The notes beneath the pieces were generated by a model. The model saw only the letters and a list, made by a program, of their open reading frames with translations, was not told the origin of the DNA and searched no databases. The position numbers were made by a program, and so were the translations under genes. Shown here piece by piece: positions 63,455 to 64,000 of a stretch of DNA of 64,000 nucleotides. Each line of letters starts with the position of its first letter. Position 1 is the first letter of the stretch. The stretch is from Minisyncoccota bacterium (GTDB taxonomy: Bacteria; Patescibacteriota; Minisyncoccia; JAHIHE01; JAGLIN01), in contig JAQVBZ010000003.1 in assembly GCA_028690055.1 (NCBI GenBank), forward strand, positions 7,779 through 71,778. The letters run 5' to 3'.

Positions 63455-63739
63455 CTACCAATCCAATTTGTATTTTTTATGTCGTCTGTCTTCTATATAG
63501 AGAATCCTCCACCAGTATTTCCCCGCATAATATCCGACGAGAGCACCCATTAAGTCAAAAACTATTTCCGGTAACGGCCGTAATGCAAAAATATTTTCTG
63601 CGCCGTAAGTATACCGATTTCCTCCCGCTGTTAACAATGAATCCACATAAGAAATTTCCAGCAAATCATACACGATATCTCCTAAAAGCACAAATAGAAA
63701 AATCACAAGCAAAGTATATGCGGTTTTTTTAGTGGGCAT
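63455..63739 (-). CDS. small hypothetical membrane protein
   Basis: 94 aa, 2 TM segments. Confidence 0.6.
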   Translation of the reverse strand: MPTKKTAYTLLVIFLFVLLGDIVYDLLEISYVDSLLTAGGNRYTYGAENIFALRPLPEIVFDLMGALVGYYAGKYWWRILYIEDRRHKKYKLDW

Positions 63740-63803
63740 AATATTCTATATATGATTAGATTCGACCAAAAAACAATGCTGGAAACAAAAGAAACGAGGC
63801 CTT

Positions 63804-63998
63804 TTATTTATTTAGGACATCAATCCAATCAATAAATCCATTCATAAAATTCCCTCTTCTTTCTCTCATCTCAGGAGACAACAATTCTATCAATTTTACT
63901 TTCATCTGTTTCACATCGACACCCTTCCATCGTTCTTTAATCCTGACAGCAACCACAGGAGTCTCTCCATCCCATTCATCAGGGATTGTGATAAAGCC
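63804..63998 (-). CDS. 3' end of a hypothetical protein running off the window
   Basis: Open frame GFITIPDEWDGETPVVAVRIKERWKG...DVLNK*. Confidence 0.55.
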   Translation of the reverse strand, partial: GFITIPDEWDGETPVVAVRIKERWKGVDVKQMKVKLIELLSPEMRERRGNFMNGFIDWIDVLNK

Positions 63999-64000
63999 GA

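Overview
About 64 kb of bacterial chromosome in standard code 11. Gene content and style suggest a Patescibacteria/CPR (Parcubacteria-like) organism; this is inference from stand-alone Elp3, a membrane-anchored Clp ATPase, core genes without SD motifs and tRNAs without encoded CCA. Core genes are mraY, ftsEX, prfB (+1 frameshift), ftsB/divIC-like, gyrB, pheS/pheT, mscL, a cold-shock gene and a P-type ATPase, plus five tRNAs. They are interleaved with solo accessory genes carrying their own promoter, SD and terminator, one inactive IS30 element, and at least five families of short palindromic (REP/REPIN/MITE-like) elements. Main leads: (1) Elp3 converging on a Trm9-like methyltransferase, a possible bacterial cm5U->mcm5U pathway; (2) a second copy of the pheS 3' end with only synonymous differences, next to a REPIN, suggesting repeat-associated gene capture; (3) a free-standing NrdD C-terminal glycyl-radical module, a possible 'spare part'; (4) a Zn-finger/TM-anchored Clp ATPase with a degenerate first ring, followed by two unannotated paralogous microproteins; (5) a surface-protein gene bracketed by ~190-bp inverted repeats; (6) two IS30-type ends, each 9 bp upstream of a -35 box. 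All family calls come from motif recognition by eye; no searches were run.
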